Notes under the pieces: model-generated | Told to the model about the DNA's origin: nothing | The model's input: the letters and a program-made list of their open reading frames with translations, nothing else | The model's database searches: none | Position numbers and translations under genes: made by a program | Sequence record: SRR31156797_3177 | Strand: one strand, 5' to 3' | Length of the DNA: 64,000 nt | In this document: positions 40,092 through 51,097 of the stretch, in pieces | Layout of the letters: the number at the start of each line of letters is the position of its first letter | Numbering within the stretch: position 1 is the first letter of the stretch

Positions 40092-41486
40092 TTATTTTCC
40101 TATACAAAACTCGCTAAAGATAGCATCCAGAACATCTTCTGGGGTTGTCAACCCAACAATATCTCCCAGATAGTCCAGCCCATCTTGGGCATCAACAGCC
40201 AACAAGTCACACGGCGCACCATCACTGATTGCTGCCAGTAATCTTTGGCAGGCTTCAGCTGTTTTCTGCAATGCTGCCAAATGCCTTACATTAGGCGCAC
40301 ACAGCCCCACCTCTGCAGCCTTTTCATCGTTCAGAACAGTTTTGAAAATAACATCTCGCAAGGTGTCAATCCCAACATTTTCCTTTGCTGAAATCTCGAC
40401 CCTGGTTTCCCGCTCAAATTTTCCATGGAGGCCGAGAAGTTCCTGCTCGGTACTGCTGTCAGTTTTATTAAAAACAACAATGTGCTGTTTTCCTTCAATC
40501 GTTGTATATAGGTCTAGATCACGCGGGGTTAATGGTTGTGAAGCGTCGATCAAAAACAATACCAAATCTGCAGCATCCATCTTACGTCGAGCCCGCTCCA
40601 TCCCAAGCTCTTCAACCACATCACTATGTGCCCGGATCCCTGCGGTATCAACTAGGTGCACAGGAATTCCATCAATGACGATGCTCTCTTCAATGGTATC
40701 TCTTGTAGTTCCCGGCAAAGGGGTGACCAGTGCACGTTCTTCCCGGAGCAGAGTGTTAAGCAAGCTCGATTTGCCTACATTCGGACGCCCGGCAATCACA
40801 ACGCTGATCCCTTCTCTGATGATCTTCCCACTGGATACCGAACGGATCAGCACCTCAATCGGCTTTAAGATCTTGTCCAATAACTGTGTTTCAATTGCCT
40901 TTTTATCGAGAAGCTCTACATCATCATCTGGAAAATCTATTGCAACCTCAAGAAGTGCGAGAATGCCGATCAGCTCCTTACGAACAACCTCAAGCTCATC
41001 AGTTAAACGGCCCTGAAGTTGGTTCACAGCAAGATCGATACCCTTATCTGTTTCCGCCTGCAGCAAATCAATAACTGCTTCAGCCTGGGTAAGATCAATA
41101 CGCCCGCCAAGAAAAGCACGCTTAGTGAACTCTCCTGGCTCAGCAGCCCTGGCCCCAAGTGCAAATACTGTTGCCAACACCTTTTGCAACAGTACATATG
41201 AGCCATGACAGTGCAACTCGACCACATCTTCAACCGTATACGTAGCAGGCCCTTGCATGAAAACGGCAAGGACTTCATCTATAATTTTATTTTCAGAATC
41301 TACGATTGTACCATAATAGAGTTTATGGCTTTCAAAGTGAGAAATGGGGTACTTGGGGGTAAAAACCTGCCCTAGAATGGCTGCTGCTGCTGCACCAGAA
41401 ATACGAATAATACCAATACCGCCTGTTCCAGGCGGTGTGGCAATGGCAGCAATGGTATCTGTTGAACGATGGTACCCCATCGGCAC
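40092..41486 (-). CDS. mnmE: tRNA modification GTPase MnmE
   Basis: DTIAAIATPPG, GEFTKRAF, GRPNVGKSS, GTTRD, DTAG, FCIGK. Confidence 0.97.
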   Translation of the reverse strand: MPMGYHRSTDTIAAIATPPGTGGIGIIRISGAAAAAILGQVFTPKYPISHFESHKLYYGTIVDSENKIIDEVLAVFMQGPATYTVEDVVELHCHGSYVLLQKVLATVFALGARAAEPGEFTKRAFLGGRIDLTQAEAVIDLLQAETDKGIDLAVNQLQGRLTDELEVVRKELIGILALLEVAIDFPDDDVELLDKKAIETQLLDKILKPIEVLIRSVSSGKIIREGISVVIAGRPNVGKSSLLNTLLREERALVTPLPGTTRDTIEESIVIDGIPVHLVDTAGIRAHSDVVEELGMERARRKMDAADLVLFLIDASQPLTPRDLDLYTTIEGKQHIVVFNKTDSSTEQELLGLHGKFERETRVEISAKENVGIDTLRDVIFKTVLNDEKAAEVGLCAPNVRHLAALQKTAEACQRLLAAISDGAPCDLLAVDAQDGLDYLGDIVGLTTPEDVLDAIFSEFCIGK

Positions 41487-42394
41487 TACCCTCTCTTCTT
41501 TCTGGATCCGGAGCGACGCCCTTTACCTGGCTTATAAATCAACACTTTTTTAAAGAGTCCATCACCGACTGAACGGCTTCGAATCCCTTTATCCTCTTGT
41601 AAAATCATATGAACAATCCTCCGCTCGGAAGGGTTCAATGCTGGGATGGCTTGTGTCTTTCCATCTTCCTTTACTTTTTCAGCAAGCTCAACTGCTCTTT
41701 TCTTCAAATCTTCTGCCCGCCGCTGCCTGAAATCCCCGGCATTGAGCGATAAGAGAAACCTGTCTGGCAAACTTTGCAGCATCATCTTGCGAATAAGATA
41801 TTGCAGACTATCCAGCGTACGCCCTTCTGAACCTATAATATCGTCCTCGTATTCACTATTGATATTGCATGTAACAGCATTACCCTCAAAGGTAACTTCG
41901 ACCTGTGATGGGAAATTCATCAGGGAAAGCATCTCGCTTATGGTAGATTGAATGGTATCAAGCGCTTCCTGCGACGGCTCTTCGTAGCTCACCTCAACAG
42001 ATTCGGCAGAGCTTTTCCCTCCCTTACTAGGAGAGGGAGCGTCCTTTTTTATTTTGACATCATCATTGCCAACTGTTGCACTGTTCTTCCTTTCGACGGA
42101 ATCGCTTTTTTCCTGGCCTGGATCGGCATCACTGGCAGCAACGTTACCCTTACGACCTATCGGCTGCGCTTCTTTGGCAGGTCCTTGCTCAGCTGGAAGA
42201 GATTCAGCCTTTTCTTGTTGAAATTTTTCTTTCACTCGAATATGGGCCTGCTTTCTACACAAGCCAAAAATCCCGGCTGATCCAGTTTCAAGGATCTCAA
42301 TCTCCAGATTGTCTTGTGTTGTTGCAAACTCTTTACAAGCCTGGTCAATAACATCTGTTATATCTTTTCCAAAAAAATCTTTTTCTTTTGTCAT
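41486..42394 (-). CDS. jag: Jag/KhpB RNA-binding protein
   Basis: Jag_N (GIFGL), KH (IIGSEGRTLDSLQY), R3H (ERRIVH); position in yidC operon. Confidence 0.92.
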   Translation of the reverse strand: MTKEKDFFGKDITDVIDQACKEFATTQDNLEIEILETGSAGIFGLCRKQAHIRVKEKFQQEKAESLPAEQGPAKEAQPIGRKGNVAASDADPGQEKSDSVERKNSATVGNDDVKIKKDAPSPSKGGKSSAESVEVSYEEPSQEALDTIQSTISEMLSLMNFPSQVEVTFEGNAVTCNINSEYEDDIIGSEGRTLDSLQYLIRKMMLQSLPDRFLLSLNAGDFRQRRAEDLKKRAVELAEKVKEDGKTQAIPALNPSERRIVHMILQEDKGIRSRSVGDGLFKKVLIYKPGKGRRSGSRKKRG

Positions 42395-42418
42395 AAAAGT
42401 CTTCCTTACAGCCCAGGT

Positions 42419-44071
42419 TTATGCCTTGCTTTGCCGATTGATGAGTTGTTGCTGAAGAATGGAAAGAAGATTATTTACAAACCAATAAAGTACCAAACCA
42501 GAGGCAAAATTAATAAACATAAAAGTGAAAATTATCGGCAGAAACTGCATCACTCTCGCTTGTGTAGGATCAGCAGTTGTAGGAGTCATTTTCTGCTGCA
42601 GAAACATGGAAGCGCCCATCAATAAGGTCAATACAGGCAACCCATGCAGGTAGGGGACATCAAATCCTATCCAAAGCCTGTCAGGAGCTGAGAGGTCGTT
42701 GATCCACAACATAAAAGGAGCGTGACGCAGCTCAATTGCTGCCATCAAAACACGATACAAGGCAAAGAAAAATGGAATCTGGATAACCATTGGCAAGCAA
42801 CCGCCTATGGGGTTGACCTTGTACGTTTTGTACATGGCCATCATTTCCTGATTCATCTTAGCAGGGTCGTCCTTAAACTTCTCCTTCAACTTAGCAACTT
42901 TTGGCTGCAGTTTCTGCATGTTCTTCATTGACTTCATACCCTTCTGGGTAACTGGCCAGAACACACCTTTAATTAAAACGGTCACGAGAATAATAGCTAT
43001 CCCGTAGTTTTTTGTATAATCATAAAAAAAGTTCAGTAACCAAAGCATGGGCTTGGCCAAGACATCAAACCACCCGAAGTTAACTGCCTTGGCAAGTTCG
43101 CCACCGGTGGCCTGCAGGATTTTGAGTTTTTTAGGACCGAAATAAATGGAATAAGCGTGGTTACTGCTCTCACCTGCAGCAAGAGTTGCAATCCCATCAG
43201 AGATGACCGTGCGAACACTTTCTTCATTACCCTGCAGGGTGACAACGCGGCTCCTCTCGGATTTAGGCACAACGGACGTCATAAAATAGTTGTCCACATA
43301 CCCGGTCCAGCTGACATCTCCCTGTACAACTACAGAGCCTTCAGCTAATTTTTTTATTTTCGTTTCTATCAATTCCCCATTGACGTAGGCTGCCGGTCCG
43401 GAAAAAAGAAATCGGCTGGTTGCGCTGGCATGGGAAAACGATTTATTAACCATACTCATGGCAGGTGATATCTGCAGTGGATGTGCACCCCCATTTTCTA
43501 CATGGTACGTATCGTCTATTAAATAGGTATCCCCACGGAACTTCATGGTCCTGACTATTTGGGTCCCATCATCAAGGGTTGCCTGCATTACCAGAACAGC
43601 TTCTCCCTGCTCGTCGGTAACCACAACCGAATTATTTTCCGCTGTAAACAGCGGCAACACTTTTCCAGCTCCATTATCAAGCGAGAAGAGGATCGGCAAC
43701 GTATTAGGGGTTTGAGTAAGGACTAACTGCATTGGGCCTGATTCAAGGTCAATGTCAGTTCGATATTTTTTGAGGACAAAACTTTTAAAACCGCCACCCT
43801 GTTCACTGATGACAGCAGTATAGAGCGGTGTATCTACGGTGATATCCCGCGCATCAGGATTAACAGGAATAGCGGCCATGCTACTGATTACCTGCGACGC
43901 TACCACCGGCTGCTGTATCGGCGCTACACTTTGCCCTGTACCTTGTTCCTGACTACTGACCGTCTCATTGAGTACAGGTTGCTCAGCAACTGGTTTAACA
44001 AAAAAATACTGATACCCGACAAGAATCAGGAAAGAGAGAACAATAGCCAGAAAGGCTCTGAATAAGTCCAT
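42419..44071 (-). CDS. yidC: Membrane protein insertase YidC
   Basis: YFGPK, FGWF, GGCLPMVIQIP, ELRHAPF, WINDLSAPD, GLVLYW. Confidence 0.97.
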   Translation of the reverse strand: MDLFRAFLAIVLSFLILVGYQYFFVKPVAEQPVLNETVSSQEQGTGQSVAPIQQPVVASQVISSMAAIPVNPDARDITVDTPLYTAVISEQGGGFKSFVLKKYRTDIDLESGPMQLVLTQTPNTLPILFSLDNGAGKVLPLFTAENNSVVVTDEQGEAVLVMQATLDDGTQIVRTMKFRGDTYLIDDTYHVENGGAHPLQISPAMSMVNKSFSHASATSRFLFSGPAAYVNGELIETKIKKLAEGSVVVQGDVSWTGYVDNYFMTSVVPKSERSRVVTLQGNEESVRTVISDGIATLAAGESSNHAYSIYFGPKKLKILQATGGELAKAVNFGWFDVLAKPMLWLLNFFYDYTKNYGIAIILVTVLIKGVFWPVTQKGMKSMKNMQKLQPKVAKLKEKFKDDPAKMNQEMMAMYKTYKVNPIGGCLPMVIQIPFFFALYRVLMAAIELRHAPFMLWINDLSAPDRLWIGFDVPYLHGLPVLTLLMGASMFLQQKMTPTTADPTQARVMQFLPIIFTFMFINFASGLVLYWFVNNLLSILQQQLINRQSKA

Positions 44072-44135
44072 TTTTTTTCACACCTCGTAAAGACACTATT
44101 GTCTGCACATCTATCCAATGGCCAAGACAAAAGTA

Positions 44136-44405
44136 TTATTTCACAGGATCGTAACCGCCCCGTGAAAAAGGATGACAGCGTAATATTCGGCAAAGGCCTT
44201 TGAACCCTCCCCGAATTACGCCATATTTTTGTACTGCTTCAATTGCATACTGAGAACAGGAGGGGATAAACCGACAGGAGGGAGGGAAAAGTGGCGAAAT
44301 AACATATTGATACCCCTTGAAAAGCAGCACAATACACTTTTGGGGAACCAACCTTACAATTGCAAGAGCATCTCTGATTTGCATCACATATATTCTTTTC
44401 AACAA
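44136..44405 (-). CDS. yidD: Membrane protein insertion efficiency factor
   Basis: [31 protein letters not shown]. Confidence 0.93.
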   Translation of the reverse strand: MLKRIYVMQIRDALAIVRLVPQKCIVLLFKGYQYVISPLFPPSCRFIPSCSQYAIEAVQKYGVIRGGFKGLCRILRCHPFSRGGYDPVK

Positions 44406-44773
44406 AGCTGCCCATCTCCAACTGCACCAGGGATGTACTTTGTATCCATCACGGCTGAAACCATATGCTGGAAGTCGTTGGAACTACGCACAGAAAACCC
44501 TGGGCGAATAGTCACAACGACATCCGCATTCTGGGGAAACAAGTGTCTGTTCTTGCGAAAGACCTCACGTACGATACGCTTAATCCGGTTACGTTGAACC
44601 GCCCCCCCTACCTTTCGCTGCACACTTATACCCAATCGACTCCATTGCTGCTGATTAGGCATATAAATTACAGCAAAACCATCACCGTACAGTCGATTTC
44701 CGAACCGGTAAACCCTATTGAATTCCCTGGTTTTTCTGATGAGACTTGATTTAGGGAGTCCATTGGGTTTCAT
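44399..44773 (-). CDS. rnpA: Ribonuclease P protein component
   Basis: [19 protein letters not shown]. Confidence 0.93.
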   Translation of the reverse strand: MKPNGLPKSSLIRKTREFNRVYRFGNRLYGDGFAVIYMPNQQQWSRLGISVQRKVGGAVQRNRIKRIVREVFRKNRHLFPQNADVVVTIRPGFSVRSSNDFQHMVSAVMDTKYIPGAVGDGQLC

Positions 44774-44779
44774 GTTTTC

Positions 44780-44917
44780 CTAAACTGCTAACTGCTTCCG
44801 CCCTTTTGCCCTTCTCCGTCTGATTACGGCCCTTCCACCACTTGTCTTCATGCGGCTGCGAAAACCGTGGGTGCGGTGGCGCTTGATATTACTTGGCTGA
44901 AAAGTTCTTTTACTCAT
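44780..44917 (-). CDS. rpmH: 50S ribosomal protein L34 (not in ORF track)
   Basis: Hand translation [45 protein letters not shown]. Confidence 0.97.
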   Translation of the reverse strand: MSKRTFQPSNIKRHRTHGFRSRMKTSGGRAVIRRRRAKGRKQLAV

Positions 44918-45098
44918 AACTCATTTCCTTTCATGGTATAATATGTTTAATAAAAGCTGTTGTGAAACTGAGTATCATCATCCCGAGTAACGTTTAAACC
45001 TGTTCGGTAAGATGTACAATGCTCGATAGAACATATGGCTTTTCGGAAAATTACTCTACTCAGCCTGCACACACTACAGTTGTTTCACGAAACTGCGT

Positions 45099-45128
45099 AT
45101 TTTAATCACAGCAAAGGCTATCTGTCAA
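45099..45128 (-). promoter_or_regulatory. Sigma-70 promoter of the rpmH operon
   Basis: Minus strand TTGACA-18 nt-TAAAAT. Confidence 0.65.
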
Positions 45129-45155
45129 ACCATTTCATCTCAACAACGAAAATGT

Positions 45156-45989
45156 ATGGGTAAATTGGATTATAATGCTGTCGACTGGGACAAACTTTGG
45201 CAACAAGCCCAACATAATAGAGCCGGCAAAGAAAAAAAAGCAAAAGACTGGGATAACCGCGCCCACTCTTTTGCCGCCCGCACAGCGACCTCCATCTATA
45301 CTAAGCATTTCCTTCAATTGCTCCGCCCTAAAGCACACTGGACAATTCTGGACGTTGGGTCAGGACCTGGAACCCTAGCCCTACCTCTTTCGCCTCTTGT
45401 AAAGCATATCAGTTGTCTTGATTTCTCCGGTAATATGCTTGATATACTCAACAAACGAGCACGGCAGCAGCAATTGTCAAACATTACTACCTGCAAAGCG
45501 GCCTGGGAAGATGACTGGAGACAGCGGGGCATCCGTACGCACGAGGTTGCCATCGCTTCCCGATCACTTGCCGTCAAAGACCTTAAAGGTGCACTCAATC
45601 AACTCTGCTCCTTTGCAACTGAAAAAGTAGTGATAACGGACAAGGTTCGACATGGACCTTTTGACCCAGACGCCTTCCGGGCTTTACAAAGGCCCCTGCA
45701 GACAGGCCCTGATTACATCTATACTATTAATCTCCTCTATCAGATGGGCTTTCTTGCCTCGGTCGATTTTATCCGCCTTGAGGAGCATCCGACTTACCAC
45801 AGCTTTGAAGATGCCTTGGCTGGGTACAGTTCCATGTTTCCTTCAATCACTCCTGATGAAAAAAAGCAATTGATAAAATACCTCCAATCCATTACCACCT
45901 CCAATCAAGATGGAAGGGTTACAGTACACAGGCAGCATGTACCAACATGGGCCTTCATTTCCTGGAACCCTAATGAACGTGATTTGTAA
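45156..45989 (+). CDS. Class I SAM-dependent methyltransferase
   Basis: ILDVGSGPGTLA, LDFSGNML. Confidence 0.85.
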   Translation: MGKLDYNAVDWDKLWQQAQHNRAGKEKKAKDWDNRAHSFAARTATSIYTKHFLQLLRPKAHWTILDVGSGPGTLALPLSPLVKHISCLDFSGNMLDILNKRARQQQLSNITTCKAAWEDDWRQRGIRTHEVAIASRSLAVKDLKGALNQLCSFATEKVVITDKVRHGPFDPDAFRALQRPLQTGPDYIYTINLLYQMGFLASVDFIRLEEHPTYHSFEDALAGYSSMFPSITPDEKKQLIKYLQSITTSNQDGRVTVHRQHVPTWAFISWNPNERDL

Positions 45990-46077
45990 TCCAAAGCACA
46001 GCTAAACATAATTGTCACCTGTGTAAACACAGGGACCACAGGAATTTGCCGACGAACGGCAATACATCATTGATCGT

Positions 46078-47484
46078 ATGTTATTTAAAAAAAAAGGCAG
46101 CAACGAAAACATCCTTATCCTTGGCCTTGGCGGCATTGGTTCTTATCTTGCCAAGCGGCTCCTGCACGAAGGATATGCTATCACGGTAATCGAACCTGAC
46201 AGCGATCTCGTACGTTATGCTGACAGCGCCATGGATGCCCGACTGATACAAGGCAATGCCATGTCAGTGTCCTGCTGGCAGGATGCGCATGCAAAAAAAA
46301 TGGATTATCTGATTGCGGTGACCGATAACGATGCAATCAACATGCTCTCCGCCATGGTCGCTGATCGCTTTGACATACCCACCAAAATCGCCCGCGTAAG
46401 ATCCCAAGACTTTGGCCATAGCAACTCCCTGCTTAAGGGGGAAGACCTGAAAGTTGATCTCTTCATCCACCCCGAGGAGCTGGCCGCCCAAGAAATTGTC
46501 CGCATGATCAAACGAACTGCCGGTGATGAAATCATCGACATCGCCCTTGGCCAAATGCAGGTCATGGCAACCCGGATCACCCCAACATCCCCTTTTGCCT
46601 ACAAAAACTTAATTGACATATCAAGAACTTACAATGAATTTCCGTTTCGAGTTGTCGCCATCGCCAGGGGGATAAACACGGTAATTCCCTCAGGCGAACA
46701 TGAAATTCTTCCCCAGGACCAAGTCCTGATTATGGCTGACAAAAAGCACCTGCCCAAATTGATGGAACTTACCGGAATAAAACAACAGCGACGGCACCGG
46801 GTTATGATCCTTGGCGGTGGTTTGGTTGGCGCTCGAATTGCCGAACTTCTTGGAAAAACCTTTCGCGTTACCTTACTGGAAAAGAGCGGTAAGAGAGCTG
46901 AAGAATTATCTTCCATGCTCAGGGACACGGAAGTACTCCATGGCGACGGCTCTGACAAGGAGATTTTGGAAGAAGCCGGCCTCAAAGACATCGATACTTT
47001 TATCGCCTCAACAGGAGAAAATGAAACCAACATTATGAGCTGCATCCTCTCCAGGCACCTCATGGCAGCCCATGACGGCGAGGATCAAGGGATGCAGCGC
47101 AAAACTATCTGCCTTGTCAGCAAAGAGGAATACCTGGTGCTTGCTTCTACCAGTGGGCTTGATATAGTCCTTAATAAAAAAATCCTGGCAGGAAATGAAA
47201 TCCTCACCTTTATTCGTGGAAGCGAGTTACTTTCCATCTCTCATATGCATGGTTTTGATGCTGAGGTCGTTGACCTGATTGCTGCCCCCAATGCCCCTAT
47301 CACGCGCAAGCCGCTCGCTAACCAGACCAAGGCGCTGGCAGGTCATATCATCGTTGGGAGTGTTTTCCGAGACGGACAGTGGAAAACAGCTGTGGGAGAT
47401 ACGCATATTCATAATGGTGACAGAGCGATCGTCATCTGTAATTCGCTCTACCTCAAAGATGTCCGCAAGCTCTTCTCAGCCTAA
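46078..47484 (+). CDS. trkA: Trk potassium uptake NAD-binding subunit
   Basis: Two RCK_N/RCK_C pairs, GLGGIG and GGGLVG, IARVR. Confidence 0.92.
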   Translation: MLFKKKGSNENILILGLGGIGSYLAKRLLHEGYAITVIEPDSDLVRYADSAMDARLIQGNAMSVSCWQDAHAKKMDYLIAVTDNDAINMLSAMVADRFDIPTKIARVRSQDFGHSNSLLKGEDLKVDLFIHPEELAAQEIVRMIKRTAGDEIIDIALGQMQVMATRITPTSPFAYKNLIDISRTYNEFPFRVVAIARGINTVIPSGEHEILPQDQVLIMADKKHLPKLMELTGIKQQRRHRVMILGGGLVGARIAELLGKTFRVTLLEKSGKRAEELSSMLRDTEVLHGDGSDKEILEEAGLKDIDTFIASTGENETNIMSCILSRHLMAAHDGEDQGMQRKTICLVSKEEYLVLASTSGLDIVLNKKILAGNEILTFIRGSELLSISHMHGFDAEVVDLIAAPNAPITRKPLANQTKALAGHIIVGSVFRDGQWKTAVGDTHIHNGDRAIVICNSLYLKDVRKLFSA

Positions 47485-47504
47485 AAGCACGAGACAAGGC
47501 TCCT

Positions 47505-48962
47505 CTATTTCTTCCAAAACGAAGGATAAAAAATAACCAGAGCAGTAAACATTTCCAGTCTTCCAACCAGCATATTCCAGGAGAGGAACCATTTACTGGC
47601 ATCAGACAAAAAGGCAAAATTTTCACTGGGACCGACTGCTCCAAAACCAGGCCCGATATTCATCAGCGCCGAAATAACTGCGCTCATTGCACTTATATAG
47701 TCCAGATCCTCCAAAAGAACCATCAAGCATCCACCACCCAAGATCATAAAAATATTAACTATAAAATAACACAAGGCAAGATCAATCACGGAGGAGTCGA
47801 CCGCCTTCTGGTTGAGACGAATAGATATGACAGAGCGGGGCTGGAAAAATATTTTGCGTATGGAATTGAACATATATTTGCAAATAATCACATAATGCAC
47901 CACCTTAACCCCACTTGTCGTAGAGCCTGCACACGCTCCGATAAAGCAGACGACAAAAAGAAACATCTGCGCAGCTTGAGGCCACAGTTCATAATCAGTG
48001 GTTGTAAAACCCGTGGTGGTTAACAGTGACATTACCTGAAAAGTGCCGTACCGGAATGCATCAGCAATCGTACTGTAGGTGCCGTTATGAAGCAGTATAA
48101 GCGATACCATTATTGAAAAGAAAAGAACGAGCACAACGTACCACTTGAATTCTGTATTCCTGTAAACCGATTTCCAGTCTCCTCGCAGCAACAGAAAGAA
48201 TAGAATAAACGTCGTTCCGCCCAAGAACATGAACAGGATTGTTATCCAATCAAAATAAGCATTGTTATAATACCCGATGCTTAAATTTTTCGGAGAATAA
48301 CCAGAAGTGGAAACAGTCCCAAAGGCTGTGCAGAGGGCATCAAAAATCGCCATATCTCCAGCCCACAGTAAACCTGCCTGAAGAAAATTCAAAAAAAGAT
48401 ATATCCACCAAAGGCTGATCATGGTATCTCGGTTACGCGGCTTGAACTTTTCCTTGGTGATTACCTGGCCAGGGCTGGACTCTGCTCGAAATAACCTAAG
48501 CCCCCCCATTCCCTGAGGAAGTAAGATGATGGTTAAGGTAAGAAACCCCATACCACCAAGCAAATGGGTCTCGCTACGCCAAAATAATAAACCATGGGGA
48601 ACGCACTCTATGTCGGTAAGCACCGTTGCACCGGTAGTGGTATACCCAGATATCATCTCAAAAAAAGCGTCGGTGAATGAAGGTATTGAGCCATGTAATA
48701 TGAATGGGAGGGCTGAAAATGCAGAAACAACAAACCAACCAAAAACGGCAACAATGATACCGTCCTTTATATTCAATTCGTATTTTTTACGACACAACCA
48801 CCACGCAGGGAGTCCCAGAAAGAAAGTCACGGCTGCCGATACCACCAGGGCAGCCAAATCTCCCTCTCCGTAATGCAAAGCACACAGAACAGGAAAAACC
48901 ATGGCGCTGCCGGTCACCATGAGTAACAACCCAAACACGTGAATTATTGATGCAAAATGCAT
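47505..48962 (-). CDS. trkH: Trk potassium uptake membrane subunit
   Basis: FFEMISGYTTTGAT, LGGMG, STSGY, TTTGF, GACAGSTTSG, NIGPG, GRLE. Confidence 0.95.
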   Translation of the reverse strand: MHFASIIHVFGLLLMVTGSAMVFPVLCALHYGEGDLAALVVSAAVTFFLGLPAWWLCRKKYELNIKDGIIVAVFGWFVVSAFSALPFILHGSIPSFTDAFFEMISGYTTTGATVLTDIECVPHGLLFWRSETHLLGGMGFLTLTIILLPQGMGGLRLFRAESSPGQVITKEKFKPRNRDTMISLWWIYLFLNFLQAGLLWAGDMAIFDALCTAFGTVSTSGYSPKNLSIGYYNNAYFDWITILFMFLGGTTFILFFLLLRGDWKSVYRNTEFKWYVVLVLFFSIMVSLILLHNGTYSTIADAFRYGTFQVMSLLTTTGFTTTDYELWPQAAQMFLFVVCFIGACAGSTTSGVKVVHYVIICKYMFNSIRKIFFQPRSVISIRLNQKAVDSSVIDLALCYFIVNIFMILGGGCLMVLLEDLDYISAMSAVISALMNIGPGFGAVGPSENFAFLSDASKWFLSWNMLVGRLEMFTALVIFYPSFWKK

Positions 48963-49077
48963 AAGAAGAAAAAAACCTGTCAGAAAAGGCAGCCCCTGCT
49001 GCCGTCAAAGTTGACCCTCGACAAGAACACCTGCTCCAGTTTTTACGTGTTAATTCTCAGTCGATTGATGCTTCCCA

Positions 49078-49106
49078 TTGCAAAATGGAACAGCGCTATC
49101 TATAAT
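49078..49106 (+). promoter_or_regulatory. Sigma-70 promoter of mnmG-lgt
   Basis: TTGCAA-17 nt-TATAAT. Confidence 0.65.
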
Positions 49107-49197
49107 AAATGTTTTATTATAGAGTCAATAGCTGATCACGTCACTTCACAATGCCGCAGTTTCAGTACACTCTTCTTCCTTCTACTCATTTAATCAT

Positions 49198-51081
49198 ATG
49201 ACAGATTTTGATATTGCCGTAATAGGAGCAGGCCATGCCGGTTGTGAAGCAGCTCTTGCTGCCGCCAGAATGGGATGCCGAACACTTGTATGCGTAATTA
49301 ATGCAGACACCATTGGTGCCATGTCCTGCAACCCTGCCATCGGCGGACTTGCCAAGGGCCACGTTGTTAAGGAAATCGATGCTCTAGGCGGAGAAATGGC
49401 CAAAAATATCGATGCAACAGGTATCCAGTTTCGTCGACTTAATACCAGCAAAGGCCCCGCTGTAAGATCATCACGTGCTCAAGCCGATAGGTTGCAGTAT
49501 CGCCTGCGAATGAAAAATATCCTTGAAAACCAGGAAAACTTAGAGATCAGGCAAACAGTAGTCGACGAGATTCTGGTAGAAAACGATCAAATCATTGGCC
49601 TCCGCACCTCTCTGGACGAACACCTCACTGTCAAGGCTGTGGTTGTCACCACCGGCACGTTTCTCAACGGCCTGATTCATGTCGGGCTCAAGCATTTCCC
49701 TGCAGGACGAATGGGTGACGTACCTTCCCTGAAACTTGCAAAGTGGTTCAAAGAATACGGTTTTACTGTCGGCAGAATGAAAACAGGGACAGTGCCGCGT
49801 ATCGATGGCAATACCATTGACTATTCGCAACTGGAAGCGCAGTATTCCGATGAACCGCCGAACCTGTTCTCTTTTTCTTCTTCCGGCCCTCCTCCGCTTG
49901 AGCAACGGCCCTGTTATATTACCTACACCAATGAAACAACCCATCAGATAATCGGCAACTCCATAGATCAGTCGCCCCTGTTTGCAGGTATCATAGAGGG
50001 GGTTGGCGCCCGTTACTGTCCTTCCATTGAAGACAAAGTGATGCGTTTCCCTGAAAAAAGCAGACACCAGATTTTTCTTGAGCCAGAGGGCCTTGATACA
50101 GTTGAGGTGTATCCTAACGGTATTCCGACCAGCCTGCCGCTCAGCACTCAGATTGACATGATCCACTCTATACCAGGTATGGAAAACGCTCGTATTATAC
50201 GCCCAGGATATGCCATTGAGTACGATTACGTGGATCCCCGAGAGCTCAAACCTTCACTGGAAACCAAAAAAATACAGGGACTCTTTCTGGCTGGACAGAT
50301 AAACGGTACATCAGGCTATGAAGAAGCGGCGGGGCAGGGATTGATCGCGGCAATAAACAGTGTAAAATATATTCGAGACCAAGACCCTTTAATTCTCGAC
50401 CGTTCCCAGGCGTATCTCGGAGTACTGATAGACGATCTGGTCACCTTGGGCACTAAGGAGCCCTACCGCCTCTTCACCTCCAGGGCTGAATACAGATTGC
50501 TGCTTCGCGAAGACAATGCAGATATACGATTAAGAGAAATCGGGTACGACCTTGGCTTGGTTGACCAGACCACCTGGCACGCCTTTCTTGCTAAAAGGAA
50601 GAGTATAAATGAAGCAGTCAGCGCACTGCAGGAAACCAGAATAAAGCCGTCAACAGTCGTTAACCGTTCTCTGGAAGAAAACGACTCTACTCCTTTGACT
50701 CAGGCATTATCGATGGCAGATCTCCTCCGCAGACCGGAAATCAAACTTGCCAACCTCATCCACCTGGCCTTAAAAGCGGAGGTAAGCTTACCACCAGCTT
50801 TGGTACACCTGGACTTTCAGGAAGAAGTAGAACTCCAGGTTAAATATGCCGGCTATATTAAACGTCAGGAGGAACAGGTCAACAGATTCAAAAAACTCGA
50901 ACAAATGGCTCTACCTGAAAATATGATCTATGAAGGGCTCCCCGGACTCTCCAATGAGGTTGTTGAAAAACTTACTCAGGTTCAGCCGCTATCATTGGGG
51001 CAGGCCTCCCGCATCTCAGGAGTTACCCCGGCCGCCGTATCTGTGCTTCAGGTCTACCTAAAACAAAAAGGGCTCCTCTAG
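49198..51081 (+). CDS. mnmG: tRNA uridine 5-carboxymethylaminomethyl modification enzyme
   Basis: [41 protein letters not shown]. Confidence 0.97.
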   Translation: MTDFDIAVIGAGHAGCEAALAAARMGCRTLVCVINADTIGAMSCNPAIGGLAKGHVVKEIDALGGEMAKNIDATGIQFRRLNTSKGPAVRSSRAQADRLQYRLRMKNILENQENLEIRQTVVDEILVENDQIIGLRTSLDEHLTVKAVVVTTGTFLNGLIHVGLKHFPAGRMGDVPSLKLAKWFKEYGFTVGRMKTGTVPRIDGNTIDYSQLEAQYSDEPPNLFSFSSSGPPPLEQRPCYITYTNETTHQIIGNSIDQSPLFAGIIEGVGARYCPSIEDKVMRFPEKSRHQIFLEPEGLDTVEVYPNGIPTSLPLSTQIDMIHSIPGMENARIIRPGYAIEYDYVDPRELKPSLETKKIQGLFLAGQINGTSGYEEAAGQGLIAAINSVKYIRDQDPLILDRSQAYLGVLIDDLVTLGTKEPYRLFTSRAEYRLLLREDNADIRLREIGYDLGLVDQTTWHAFLAKRKSINEAVSALQETRIKPSTVVNRSLEENDSTPLTQALSMADLLRRPEIKLANLIHLALKAEVSLPPALVHLDFQEEVELQVKYAGYIKRQEEQVNRFKKLEQMALPENMIYEGLPGLSNEVVEKLTQVQPLSLGQASRISGVTPAAVSVLQVYLKQKGLL

Positions 51082-51097
51082 CCTGCCACTTGTCTCC

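Noticed and set aside
44918..45155. oriC upstream of rpmH
   Set aside because: No dnaA gene and no DnaA-box cluster
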